From: Gemmatimonadales bacterium | Lineage (GTDB): Bacteria > Gemmatimonadota > Gemmatimonadetes > Gemmatimonadales > GWC2-71-9 | Direction: 5' to 3' | DNA length: 64,000 nucleotides | Assembly (NCBI GenBank): GCA_041613315.1 | Contig: JBFJHJ010000011.1 | Coordinates: 1-64,000 of the forward strand | In this document: in pieces, positions 20,895 to 33,752 of the stretch | Numbering within the stretch: position 1 is the stretch's first letter | How the letters are laid out: every line of letters starts with the position of its first letter | The notes under the pieces: model-generated | The model's input: the letters and a program-made list of their open reading frames with translations, nothing else | The model's database searches: none | Told to the model about the DNA's origin: nothing | Position numbers and translations under genes: made by a program

Positions 20895-21833
20895 ATGGCT
20901 GAACGCCAGTGGACCGTCGTCATCGTGCCGAACGGGGCCCGACATTCGCGTTCCGTTCGCGTATCGTTGCGGGCGCTGCGGGTCAGTCTCGGTGTCCTCG
21001 GCGTCCTCGTCGCAGGGGGCGCCGTCTTCGGATACTCGGCCGTGTCGAAGACGATCGACCTCTCGCGGCTCGACCGCCTCGAGCGCCGCAATCAGCTGTT
21101 GACGCAGGAACTCGAGCGCGCGCAACTCCTCGTCACCGACCTGAGCGATACCGTGGCGGCGATTGCGAAGCGCGATGTGCAGGTCCGCCTGCTGGCGGGC
21201 CTCGAGCCCACGGACCCTCAGGTGCAGCTGGCCGGCATCGGCGGTCCGACACCCACGTGGACGGAGCGTGAACACATCCTCTCGGAAGGGTTGGAAGGCC
21301 GGCAGGCGCTCACGATGCGCTCGGACCTCGACGCGCTCCTCAGACGGGCCAACCTGCTCTCGAACTCGTACGGCGAAGCGCTCGAGAGCTTGACGGTCCA
21401 CGTCGATCGCCTCGAGCGCACCCCGTCGATGTCGCCGATCTCCCCGACGCAAGGCTGGTTCACGAGCCCCTTCTCCGCATCCCGCATCCATCCCATCCAC
21501 CACGACGCCCGCCCGCATGAGGGCATCGATATCTCGGCCCCCAAAGGCACGCCCATCCTCGCCCCGGCAAGCGGGCGAGTCGTGGACGTGAGCACGCGGT
21601 CCGGGTACGGAAAGATGGTGACGATCGACCACGGCCACGGCGTCGTGACGCGGTACGCGCACTGCGAGCGGACGCTGGTGCAAGTGGGACAGTGGCTGAA
21701 GCGGAACGAGAAGATCGCTCTGGTGGGGAACACGGGCATCGCGACGGCGCCGCACCTCCACTACGAGGTGCTGTACCGCGGCCGTCCGGTGGATCCCAGG
21801 ACGTACATCTTCCCCGACCAGATCGTCGATTAA
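20895..21833 (+). CDS. M23 family peptidoglycan endopeptidase
   Basis: N-terminal TM plus coiled coil; HEGID, RYAH, HLHYE. Confidence 0.92.
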   Translation: MAERQWTVVIVPNGARHSRSVRVSLRALRVSLGVLGVLVAGGAVFGYSAVSKTIDLSRLDRLERRNQLLTQELERAQLLVTDLSDTVAAIAKRDVQVRLLAGLEPTDPQVQLAGIGGPTPTWTEREHILSEGLEGRQALTMRSDLDALLRRANLLSNSYGEALESLTVHVDRLERTPSMSPISPTQGWFTSPFSASRIHPIHHDARPHEGIDISAPKGTPILAPASGRVVDVSTRSGYGKMVTIDHGHGVVTRYAHCERTLVQVGQWLKRNEKIALVGNTGIATAPHLHYEVLYRGRPVDPRTYIFPDQIVD

Positions 21834-21903
21834 CCGGCGCGCCGTCGCGGTCAGCATGCACATCCCGGCCCGTCGCCGCACACTGACTCGCGGCGGCGGG
21901 CCG

Positions 21904-22665
21904 GTGCGTTTTACCGCCTGCGCGGCGCTCGCCCTGCTCGGCGCTCCGGCGGCCACGGGGTGCGGCGGCTCCGCACCCGTCGAGGTCCGGGTCTCGCTGG
22001 GCCCCGCCACGCCCCTCCCGGACCTCGTCGTCACGGTTCTGCCGTTCGACCCTTCCGCGCTCCTGGACTCCCTCGCGGCGGCCGCCCCGCGCCCCCGCCC
22101 CACGTTCCCCGACCTGGAGCAGACTCTGGCGGCGTTCCGCCTCCAGGACGATGGGGGGCAACCGTCTCCAGACCAGGCGGTTCGCGCCCTGCGGGACACC
22201 GTGACCGGGCTCGCCGACTCGCTCAACCGGGCCGACCGAGGCGGACCCGGCTACGCGGCGGCGTATGGCCGCTTTCGGCAGCTCTACGCGCGCCTGGTGC
22301 AGCGTAGCGCCGAGCAGGACGCCGAGTTGCGAGCAACGCGCCGCGACGAGTTGGCCCTGGCCCGCCGGGCCCGCGCGGCGGCGGAGTCGCTCCGGGCCTG
22401 GGAAGCGGACGCGTACGCACCGTATCCCGAGATTGCCCGCGCCACCGCCGAGCGGACCGGCCGCACCCCGCGCCAGGCGGCGACCGACAGCACGGGCGCG
22501 CTGCGGCTCGAGCTCGGGGCCGGTGCGTGGTGGCTCGTCGCCAGGACCCCCGACCCGGACAACCCGTTCTTCGAGTATCACTGGACCGTCCCGCTCCGTG
22601 TGGCCGGCCTCCCCGTGGCCCTTCCGCTCAGCGGCCGGAACGCCACCCGTCACTGGCGCCACTAA
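21904..22665 (+). CDS. Hypothetical lipoprotein
   Basis: Hydrophobic signal ending ATGC lipobox; helical middle; start could be 21856. Confidence 0.65.
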   Translation: MRFTACAALALLGAPAATGCGGSAPVEVRVSLGPATPLPDLVVTVLPFDPSALLDSLAAAAPRPRPTFPDLEQTLAAFRLQDDGGQPSPDQAVRALRDTVTGLADSLNRADRGGPGYAAAYGRFRQLYARLVQRSAEQDAELRATRRDELALARRARAAAESLRAWEADAYAPYPEIARATAERTGRTPRQAATDSTGALRLELGAGAWWLVARTPDPDNPFFEYHWTVPLRVAGLPVALPLSGRNATRHWRH

Positions 22666-22748
22666 CGTCGGCGGGAACGCGCGACGGCTATATTGCGAGA
22701 CCGACGCACCGCCCGCGCGGCGGTTCCCCCGGCTGAAAGCGAGGCACC

Positions 22749-23447
22749 GTGCGAAACGCGAAGGTGATGGGACTCATCGCGGTTGGCGTCGTCGCGGCGG
22801 GCGCCGTCGCCTGGCCGATCGCCTCGCGGGTGCTCGACAAGCCCGGGGCCGCTGAGCCCGAGGCAGCCGCCCCCGCGACCCAGGACGGGACCGAGGCACT
22901 CATGTTGCCGGCCCGGACGAAGGGCCGGACTGATGCCCCGATCACGGTCTACGAGGTGTCCGACTTCCAGTGCCCGTATTGCCGCATGTTCTGGCAGGAG
23001 ACGCTCCCCGACCTCGAGAAGGAATACATCCAGACGGGCAAGGTCCGGTTCATCTTCCTCAACTTCCCGGTCCCGCAGAGCCACGCCAACGCGCCCGCGG
23101 CCCACGAGTTCGCGATGTGCGCCGCGCGCCAAGATCGCTTTTGGCCCGCGCACGACATTCTCTACCGGCAACAGACCACCTGGGCCAAGCTGAACGACCC
23201 CGCGTCCTACCTCCGGAGCCTCGCGGATTCGATCGGCCTCGATCGCAAGGCGCTCGAGCAGTGCTTCGGCGCGGGAGACGTGCGTTGGCTGATCCAGGCG
23301 GAGGCGGAGATGAGCTGGCGGGCCGGCGTCACCAGCACGCCGTCGTTTATCGTCGAGGGCGCCCTGCTCAAGGGATTCGCGCCGATGGAGGTCTGGCGGC
23401 CGATCCTCGATTCGCTCCATGTAGCCCGGACAGCGGCCAAGCCCTGA
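22749..23447 (+). CDS. DsbA-family thioredoxin-fold protein
   Basis: N-terminal TM, SDFQCPYC, GVTSTPSF. Confidence 0.9.
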   Translation: MRNAKVMGLIAVGVVAAGAVAWPIASRVLDKPGAAEPEAAAPATQDGTEALMLPARTKGRTDAPITVYEVSDFQCPYCRMFWQETLPDLEKEYIQTGKVRFIFLNFPVPQSHANAPAAHEFAMCAARQDRFWPAHDILYRQQTTWAKLNDPASYLRSLADSIGLDRKALEQCFGAGDVRWLIQAEAEMSWRAGVTSTPSFIVEGALLKGFAPMEVWRPILDSLHVARTAAKP

Positions 23448-23465
23448 CGGAACCCCGCCGGCGGG

Positions 23466-24200
23466 TCACAGCAGCGCCAATCCGACGTCGTACAGGGCGT
23501 GGGTCCAGGCCGTGATCCCGAACCCGCGGGCGACGTAGAGACCGCTCAGCAGGACGCCGGCCACCGTCCGGAACGTGAAGGACGCCAGCGTCAGCTCGTC
23601 GCCGTAGGGCCCCACGTAGTGGAATCCGCTGAAGATCAGCGCGGACCCGAGCACGGCGACCACCAACGAGACCGGCCGCCCCCAGCCCGCCCGGCGCCCG
23701 AGCGCCACAAGCGCCGAGACCAACAGCACCCGGAACAACAGCTCCTCGTAGATGCCGGCCCCGAGCGAGACCACCAGCTGCGTCCCGACGGGGAGCTCGC
23801 CCATGGGCCCGGCCTGCCACGCGAGCGCTAGCCGCCCGTCGAGAAGCCAAGCGGTGAGAAGCAGTACCACATTGCCGAAGACGGCGGCATACCCCACACT
23901 TTCGAAGAACATCCCGGCGAACACCCCGGCGCGGAGGGGCCCGGGGCGGCGGCGAACGTCCTGTACGACGAACCACGCGCCGGCGCCCAGCAGCAGGATG
24001 CCGAACACGGTGAGACCGGTCCGCCCCCCCAACACCACGAACAGGGTCTTGAGGAGGACATCGGCCCCGTTGCGCACGCCCGCCGCACCCGCCGGCGTGA
24101 GCAGGGCGGCCGTCGCCTCGTAGAGGAGGAGCAGTGGCAGGGCGAAGAGGAGGCTGTAGCGGGGCTCGCGGCTCGCGGCCACATAATGGTGGAGCGACAT
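23466..24200 (-). CDS. CPBP/Abi-family intramembrane metalloprotease
   Basis: YEELLFR, FSGFHY, HALYD; multiple TMs; ATG 24200. Confidence 0.88.
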   Translation of the reverse strand: MSLHHYVAASREPRYSLLFALPLLLLYEATAALLTPAGAAGVRNGADVLLKTLFVVLGGRTGLTVFGILLLGAGAWFVVQDVRRRPGPLRAGVFAGMFFESVGYAAVFGNVVLLLTAWLLDGRLALAWQAGPMGELPVGTQLVVSLGAGIYEELLFRVLLVSALVALGRRAGWGRPVSLVVAVLGSALIFSGFHYVGPYGDELTLASFTFRTVAGVLLSGLYVARGFGITAWTHALYDVGLALL

Positions 24201-24228
24201 GGCGGCAAAGCTAGCACATTCGCGGTCC

Positions 24229-25515
24229 GTGCACGTGGCCTTGTATCGCCTCGCCGCCCGCCTCATGCATCGCCTGCCCCTCCGCCGAGGGACGGTGGCA
24301 GCGAGCATTGCCGGGCGGCGCGAGGCGGCTCAGGAGTGGGCGGCGTGGGCAGCGACGTCCCGCCGCCGTGGCTCCCCGCTCGTCTGGGTCCACGCGGCCT
24401 CCGTCGGCGAGATCCTGGTGGCGGATCCGGTGATCGCCGCGCTCCGCGAGCGGATCCCCGCGCTGCAAGTGGCTCTCACCCACTCGTCTCCCGCGGTGGC
24501 GCGGTGGCCGTGCGGGCTGCCGGCCGATGTCGTCGGCTATCTCCCCCTCGACGAAGCTGGCCCGGTCACCGCGGTGCTCCGCACCCTCCGGCCCACGCTG
24601 ATCGCCTTCGCCCGGGGCGACGTGTGGCCGGAGGTCGCGATCCAGGCCGCGGCCCACGGCGTCCGGCTCGCCGTGATGGGCGCGACGGTGCGGCGCCACA
24701 GCCGCCGCCTGTCCCCTCTCGCGCGCCCGTTCTATCGTCGCATCTACCGGCTGCTCAGCTGGGTTGGTGCGGTGTCGGCGGACCATGCCGCTCGCTGGAT
24801 CCGACTGGGCGCGCCCGCCGCTCACGTGGAGGTGACCGGCGATCCGCGGCACGACCTGGTGCTCCAGCGCGCCCCCGATCCGGCCGCCGCGCCGGCGCTG
24901 GTACCCTGGGCGGCAGGCCGGACGGTGCTCGTCGCGGGGAGCACGGAACCCGCCGACGAAGGCGTGCTGCTGCGTGCGGCGGCGCTGGTGCTACCCGACC
25001 ACCCGGCGGCCCGGCTGCTCGTGGTGCCGCATGACCCCACGCCCGCCCGGATCCGCCGGCTCATTGCCCGGGCCCGGCAGCTGGAGCTGGCCGTTGCGGT
25101 GTGGGACCGGCGTGCTCCCACGCCTGACCGCGCGATCGTGGCCGTCGCCGAGGCGGGACTGCTGTTTGATCTGTACGGTCTGGGGGAGATCGCCTACGTC
25201 GGGGGTGGCTTTCGACCAGGGGGTCTCCATGCCGTCATCGAGCCGGCGGCGCTTGGCCGCCCGGTGGCGTTCGGCCCATGCGACCCCGGGGTAGCGGACG
25301 CCGAGGCCTTGGTGGCCAGGGGTGGTGGGATCGCGTTGCCGCGTCGGCGGCCGCACCGAGCCCTGGCGAGAGTCTGGCGGGGCTGGCTCGCGTCTGCCCG
25401 AGGGCGCGAGGCTGCTGGTCGGGCCGCTCAAGATGTGCTCCGCGATGGGTCCGCGGAGGCCACCGCCCGCGCCCTGCGGGCGCTGGTCGAAGGCCGGCTC
25501 ACCCCGGGGTATTGA
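24229..25515 (+). CDS. waaA: 3-deoxy-D-manno-octulosonic acid (Kdo) transferase
   Basis: WVHAASVGE, YLPLD, AGST, LVVPH, YVGGGF, EPAALG; start 24229 or 24199. Confidence 0.88.
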   Translation: MHVALYRLAARLMHRLPLRRGTVAASIAGRREAAQEWAAWAATSRRRGSPLVWVHAASVGEILVADPVIAALRERIPALQVALTHSSPAVARWPCGLPADVVGYLPLDEAGPVTAVLRTLRPTLIAFARGDVWPEVAIQAAAHGVRLAVMGATVRRHSRRLSPLARPFYRRIYRLLSWVGAVSADHAARWIRLGAPAAHVEVTGDPRHDLVLQRAPDPAAAPALVPWAAGRTVLVAGSTEPADEGVLLRAAALVLPDHPAARLLVVPHDPTPARIRRLIARARQLELAVAVWDRRAPTPDRAIVAVAEAGLLFDLYGLGEIAYVGGGFRPGGLHAVIEPAALGRPVAFGPCDPGVADAEALVARGGGIALPRRRPHRALARVWRGWLASARGREAAGRAAQDVLRDGSAEATARALRALVEGRLTPGY

Positions 25516-25579
25516 CACGCGGACGGGTCCGTACACTCTGTGCGGTGCCCCACCAACACCCTCTCTCAATGAGGCAAAC

Positions 25580-26119
25580 ATGCGAAGCACGATGGCAGTA
25601 GTGGCGGCGATGCTGCTGGCTCCGGGCGTCGCAGTGGGTCAGGGACAGCCGATTGTCGAGATCGGCACAAACCTCGGCGTTGCAATCCAGAACGCCGGCG
25701 GCTCGACGCTCACGCACTTTGGCGCGCCCGGGCAGGGCATCCTGGGCCAGCCAACGATTTACGCCTCGGTGTATGCGGGGCCGTCCATGCTGGTCGAGCC
25801 CCAACTCGCCTTGAACATCATCTCCAGCGGAGGAGAGACGGCAACGACGGTTGGCCTCGGCGGCCAGGTCGCTTACGCGTTCTCAGGCACCAGTACGAAC
25901 TCGGGGTACCTCGCAGGCACGGCGGGTTTCCAATCCGTGTCGGGGGGCGGCTTCTCCGACAGTGACTTCGGAGCGGGGGCGAAGATCGGGTACCGCGTGC
26001 TCATTGGAACCAGCGTTGGTGTGCGATTCGAGGGCGGCTACCGGCGGTGGTTCGACTCCGAACTGAACGAGTTCTCGATCGGAGTCGGCGTGGGCGGCAT
26101 CATTCACCGGACACGCTAG
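25580..26119 (+). CDS. Outer-membrane beta-barrel protein (~8-stranded)
   Basis: Signal peptide, alternating Gly/aromatic strands; GAGG before ATG. Confidence 0.7.
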   Translation: MRSTMAVVAAMLLAPGVAVGQGQPIVEIGTNLGVAIQNAGGSTLTHFGAPGQGILGQPTIYASVYAGPSMLVEPQLALNIISSGGETATTVGLGGQVAYAFSGTSTNSGYLAGTAGFQSVSGGGFSDSDFGAGAKIGYRVLIGTSVGVRFEGGYRRWFDSELNEFSIGVGVGGIIHRTR

Positions 26120-26219
26120 CGTCGAGCGGAGGTCGCAGCCGCGGCGCGTCGAGGCAGTGGGCCGGCGGCCCGATGGGGCGCCGCTGGCCTTTACTCGGCC
26201 AGTGCCGGAGGCCGCCATC

Positions 26220-26585
26220 TCACGGCTTGACGATCAGCCCCTCGTAGGTCACGCTGCGCGGCACCACCAGTCCTCCCGTGATCACCGTGAAGAACACATC
26301 GGACCAGCGACTCCGTACCCTGATCTTGAGATCGGTGACTTTGGCCGTGCCCGTCACCTGGCCGGCAAGCGCCTTGTCGAGCGACGGCGTGGACGCCGGC
26401 ACGAGTCCCCACAGGAGGAAGACGGCTTTGCGGTTGATCCGGAACGACTCGCCGCTCGGGGCGCTCGCGGCGGGCGAGGCCATCGACGCGTCCACGCCGA
26501 GAGTCGTGGCATCGAATGTCTGAGCACAGGCAACGGTGCCGGCGACGAGCAGGAGGAGACACAGGGCGCGGAGAGTTGGTCGCAC
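26220..26585 (-). CDS. Bor/Iss-like small lipoprotein
   Basis: Lipobox TVAC; FLLWGLVP and ITGGLVVPRSV resemble Bor-family motifs. Confidence 0.6.
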   Translation of the reverse strand: MRPTLRALCLLLLVAGTVACAQTFDATTLGVDASMASPAASAPSGESFRINRKAVFLLWGLVPASTPSLDKALAGQVTGTAKVTDLKIRVRSRWSDVFFTVITGGLVVPRSVTYEGLIVKP

Positions 26586-26700
26586 GGGTCGTGATCTTAC
26601 CGGGTCAGGGTTCGGGGGTTGGGGCGCACGCAAACGGGGCACCCCCGAACCAGCCGGGAGCGCCCCGTCAAGCTATGTCACGGATCGCAGAGAGGGAACC

Positions 26701-27405
26701 TTACATCCCCACCATGCCGAGACCCGGAATGCTGAACTTGAAGTGCGCACCGACCCCCAGGCGAAGCGGGTTCACATCCGCGATGCTCAGCCAGTCGAGC
26801 GCCGCGTGGAACCCCAGACCGGTGGGCAGGCCGATGTTGATGCCGCCCGAGGCACCGAAGCCGGTCTCCGACGCCGAAAGCCCCGAAACCGACACCCGCT
26901 GCACGTGCAGGCGGGGGGCCACCCACGGAGTTATCGACAGGACGGGGCTCGGGACCTTCAAGCCCAGGGCGACGCCGAGGGGGAGGTCGAGGTTCGTGAC
27001 GTCGGACCCGGGCCCGCCCCCGCCGAACTTCACATAGCCCACGCCAGCCTGGAGGGCCACCGCCACCGGCACCGCGGGCACATTGAAGAGGCTGACGCCA
27101 AAGTTGGCGCCGAAGCCGATCTCACTGTCGAGACCGCCCTTCGGGTTGATCATGCTGGCGCCGGCCGTGACCGTGAACTTCGGGACGCCGAGGGTGATGC
27201 GTCCGCCGTAGGCCAGCGGCTTTTCCCCGAACACGAGCTCGGCGTCGCTGTTGACGCCGAGAGCGAAGTCGCCCGCGATCGTCAGCCCGATGCCGTGTGT
27301 CGGCTGGTAGTACACCGGCTGGTTGAAGATCTGCGCCCTCGCCGGACCGGCGACGAGCGCCAGGGCGAGCGCGAGCGCCGCGGTGCGTGCAAGATGCTCT
27401 TTCAT
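26701..27405 (-). CDS. Outer-membrane beta-barrel protein
   Basis: Signal peptide ending ARA-Q, amphipathic strands, C-terminal AHFKF; GGAG SD. Confidence 0.7.
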   Translation of the reverse strand: MKEHLARTAALALALALVAGPARAQIFNQPVYYQPTHGIGLTIAGDFALGVNSDAELVFGEKPLAYGGRITLGVPKFTVTAGASMINPKGGLDSEIGFGANFGVSLFNVPAVPVAVALQAGVGYVKFGGGGPGSDVTNLDLPLGVALGLKVPSPVLSITPWVAPRLHVQRVSVSGLSASETGFGASGGINIGLPTGLGFHAALDWLSIADVNPLRLGVGAHFKFSIPGLGMVGM

Positions 27406-27544
27406 TGCCATCTCCTGCGACAGGTTGATGGTTTCCGCCGGTACCACCTATGAGTGCCGGCGGCGTTCCACCCGAGAGGCGCACGATGCGCCACCGGGGA
27501 CTACGCGTTGGTCGGGTTGAGCCCGTCCGCGCGTTCCGAGGTAC

Positions 27545-28159
27545 CTACCGAACCCAGACGGCGCTGAGAGCGAAGCCCTCGAGGTCGCCGAGCGACGCGC
27601 TGGCGCGGATGTCGAACACCCGGCTGAGGCGGAAGTCGGCCCCCAACCCCAGCGCGAAGATGACGTCGGTCTCATCGAGCGGACCGCCCACGGTGATGAA
27701 CAGCGTCGGCTGCGCGTACGGAATGATGCTGACCTGCGACCCCTCGACGTCGAGCCGGCGGCCCAACGAGAGGCCGGCCGGAATCAACAGGGTCGAGGCA
27801 TTCGACACGAACTGCCCGCCGACCCCCAGGACGAGGGCGCCGTCCAGCGGGAAGTCCTGCGTGTGGGTGATCACCCGAACGCGGGCTTCGACGCCCGCCA
27901 GGATGATCGCGTCACCGGGCCCCTCCGGCTCCAGTACGCCACCCCGGAACCCGATGTCCCAGTTTCGATACCCGAATCGGTACTGCCCCTCAACGGAGTA
28001 GTCCGACCCTTGCTGGAATGCCAGTGTCCCACCGAACTCGTGGCGCGCGAACGCCCGGTACGGCGCGTTGTAGGACGGCGTGCCCGTCGCTTGCGCGAAC
28101 GCCGACGCGGTGCCCGCCAGCAGGACGACGAAGAGGACTCCGACGCTTTTGCGAATCAT
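27545..28159 (-). CDS. Outer-membrane beta-barrel protein
   Basis: Signal ending AFA-Q, amphipathic strands, C-terminal FALSAVWVR. Confidence 0.7.
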   Translation of the reverse strand: MIRKSVGVLFVVLLAGTASAFAQATGTPSYNAPYRAFARHEFGGTLAFQQGSDYSVEGQYRFGYRNWDIGFRGGVLEPEGPGDAIILAGVEARVRVITHTQDFPLDGALVLGVGGQFVSNASTLLIPAGLSLGRRLDVEGSQVSIIPYAQPTLFITVGGPLDETDVIFALGLGADFRLSRVFDIRASASLGDLEGFALSAVWVR

Positions 28160-28169
28160 GGGCAGTCTC

Positions 28170-28427
28170 CTAGGCCTCTGCGGCCGGTTCGGCCTGTTCG
28201 GCCACGACTCTCACGGTATCCTGCAAGACCTGCAGGAACCCGCCCCGGACCCGAAACTCGTGCGTTCGCTCGCCATCGCGGATCGTCAGGCGCCCGTCGC
28301 CGAGCAGGGTCATGAATGGGGCGTGCCGGGGGAGGATTCCCACCTCCCCGTCGTACGCCGCGGCGATCACCGCCGTAGCGCCGCCGTCATATACGGATCG
28401 CTCGGGAGAAATAACCGTAACGCGCAT
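28170..28427 (-). CDS. atpC: F1 ATP synthase epsilon (N-terminal beta-sandwich only)
   Basis: VISPER, GEVGILPRHAP, GGFLQV; no C-terminal helices. Confidence 0.92.
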   Translation of the reverse strand: MRVTVISPERSVYDGGATAVIAAAYDGEVGILPRHAPFMTLLGDGRLTIRDGERTHEFRVRGGFLQVLQDTVRVVAEQAEPAAEA

Positions 28428-28460
28428 CACAGTGATTCCCAGGTCACAACCGGTTCATCG

Positions 28461-30828
<2,368 letters not shown>

Positions 30829-30837
30829 CGCGCCTGG

Positions 30838-32373
<1,536 letters not shown>

Positions 32374-32412
32374 GACGTAGCCGGTCGTGGGTTGGCAGTG
32401 GTGGAATCTAGA

Positions 32413-32430
32413 TTGTGAAAAATATCACAA
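32413..32430. promoter_or_regulatory. Rex-like (or CRP/FNR-like) operator in the atpA promoter
   Basis: TTGTGAAAAATATCACAA palindrome next to minus-strand -10 TAGATT (32410-32405). Confidence 0.65.
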
Positions 32431-32520
32431 GGAGGCCGATGGGACCAGACCTGCCGCTCCCGCCGCTCCTCCCTCGCCGCCCTCCTGCCCCCTCGGGAAA
32501 TACCGGGCCGGGTCGATGCC

Positions 32521-33282
32521 TCACAGCCGGCTCCGCGTCCTCCCGCGGGCGAAGCGGAGCAGCACCCCGCGGGGGCCCAGCCGGCCCAACTCCGTGGGAG
32601 CCACGCCGGCCACACGGCGGCTGTTCTCCGCCAAGTGACTGGCGGACGCGAACCCGAGGATCTGGGCCACCGTCAACACGCGGTAGCCCGGGTTGGCCAA
32701 GAGGTCCGCGGCGCACGCGGCCCGGGCCAGATCGATCAGGCGTTTCAGGTTGGGCGCGCCGCCCGCGGCGAACTCCCGCGAGACGTGCTCCCGCGTGCGG
32801 CGAAGGGTGCGCGCGATGTCCTGCGTCGTCGTCCGTCGCCCCACCCGAAGCAGCACCTCGTCCCAGACCCGCAACTGGAGCGGCTCGGTGAGCCGCAGGA
32901 GTCGCGGACCGTCGGCCAACTCGGCGCGGCGCACCATGGACGCGGCCCGGGCGAGCACGATCTCCCCCGCCGCGGCGTCGTCCACGCCCTCCACCAAGAG
33001 GGTCACGCCCGCGCGGCGGCACGCGTCGATGCGGGGACCGTCGTCCGGGCGGAACGGCCCGGCGATCACCATGGGGATCCGCGGATAGCGTGCGGCGAGC
33101 GTGAAGACCGGCTCGAGGTTGCCGGTGCGTGCGTCCACCACCACCGCGTCCACCAGATCACGCGCCAGTCGACGCACGACGGCGTCGAGGGACCGGCAGC
33201 TCACCACGCGGAATCCCCGCCGTGGGATGCCGCGACGGATCGCCGTCCGCAGCGACGCGGATCGGTGGAGGACGGGGATTAC
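32521..33282 (-). CDS. AraC-type HTH regulator with receiver-like N-terminal domain (start unresolved)
   Basis: VDAVVVD receiver-like strand; TQDIARTL..TREHVSREF; VAQILGFASASHL...GVAP. Confidence 0.7.
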   Translation of the reverse strand, partial: VIPVLHRSASLRTAIRRGIPRRGFRVVSCRSLDAVVRRLARDLVDAVVVDARTGNLEPVFTLAARYPRIPMVIAGPFRPDDGPRIDACRRAGVTLLVEGVDDAAAGEIVLARAASMVRRAELADGPRLLRLTEPLQLRVWDEVLLRVGRRTTTQDIARTLRRTREHVSREFAAGGAPNLKRLIDLARAACAADLLANPGYRVLTVAQILGFASASHLAENSRRVAGVAPTELGRLGPRGVLLRFARGRTRSRL

Positions 33283-33752
33283 CCCACGGCCGTCCTCCGA
33301 CGCCGGGCTTTCCGGCAGAGAGTCGGTGCCGAGCGCGCCGCTTGCTCGAGAATCGCTCGGGCATTCGCGTAGGGGATGATCGCCAGCGCGCCGTCGAGCT
33401 CCTGCCACTCGCAGCGGGTGATCCCCTCGGCTTCCTGCGGCGTCGGACGGCCGCGGGCCGACTCGAAGAGGAAGAAGTGGCAAAACTTGTGGATCAGCCG
33501 ACCGCGAAAGCGAAAGTACCAGTCGATCACGCCGAGCGGCACGTGGAGCTCCAGCCCGTCGAGACCGGTCTCTTCGCGGACCTCCCGGCGGGCCGCCGCT
33601 TCCGGCGCTTCATCGCCGTGCACGTGACCCTTGGGGAACCCCCAGTTCTCGTACGCGTCCAGGATCATGAGGTAACGTGGCCCGTGCGCGGTGCATCGGA
33701 ACACGACCCCGCCCGCGCTCGTCTCGCGCTTCGCCCGCGCTCGCCGCGCCAC
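33279..33752 (-). CDS. NUDIX hydrolase (Ap4A hydrolase-like)
   Basis: SAGGVV; WGFPKGHVHGDEAPEAAARREVREETG Nudix box. Confidence 0.92.
   Translation of the reverse strand: MARRARAKRETSAGGVVFRCTAHGPRYLMILDAYENWGFPKGHVHGDEAPEAAARREVREETGLDGLELHVPLGVIDWYFRFRGRLIHKFCHFFLFESARGRPTPQEAEGITRCEWQELDGALAIIPYANARAILEQAARSAPTLCRKARRRRTAVG

Noticed and set aside
25512..25537. TTGACA...TACACT promoter before the OMP gene
   Set aside because: Spacer is only 14 nt, so it cannot be supported as a canonical promoter
28183..28203. 9-mer TTCGGCCTG-like repeats at the 3' ends of atpC and sdpI (~55204-55225)
   Set aside because: Only 2-3 degenerate units, explained by Glu-Gln-Ala-type codons
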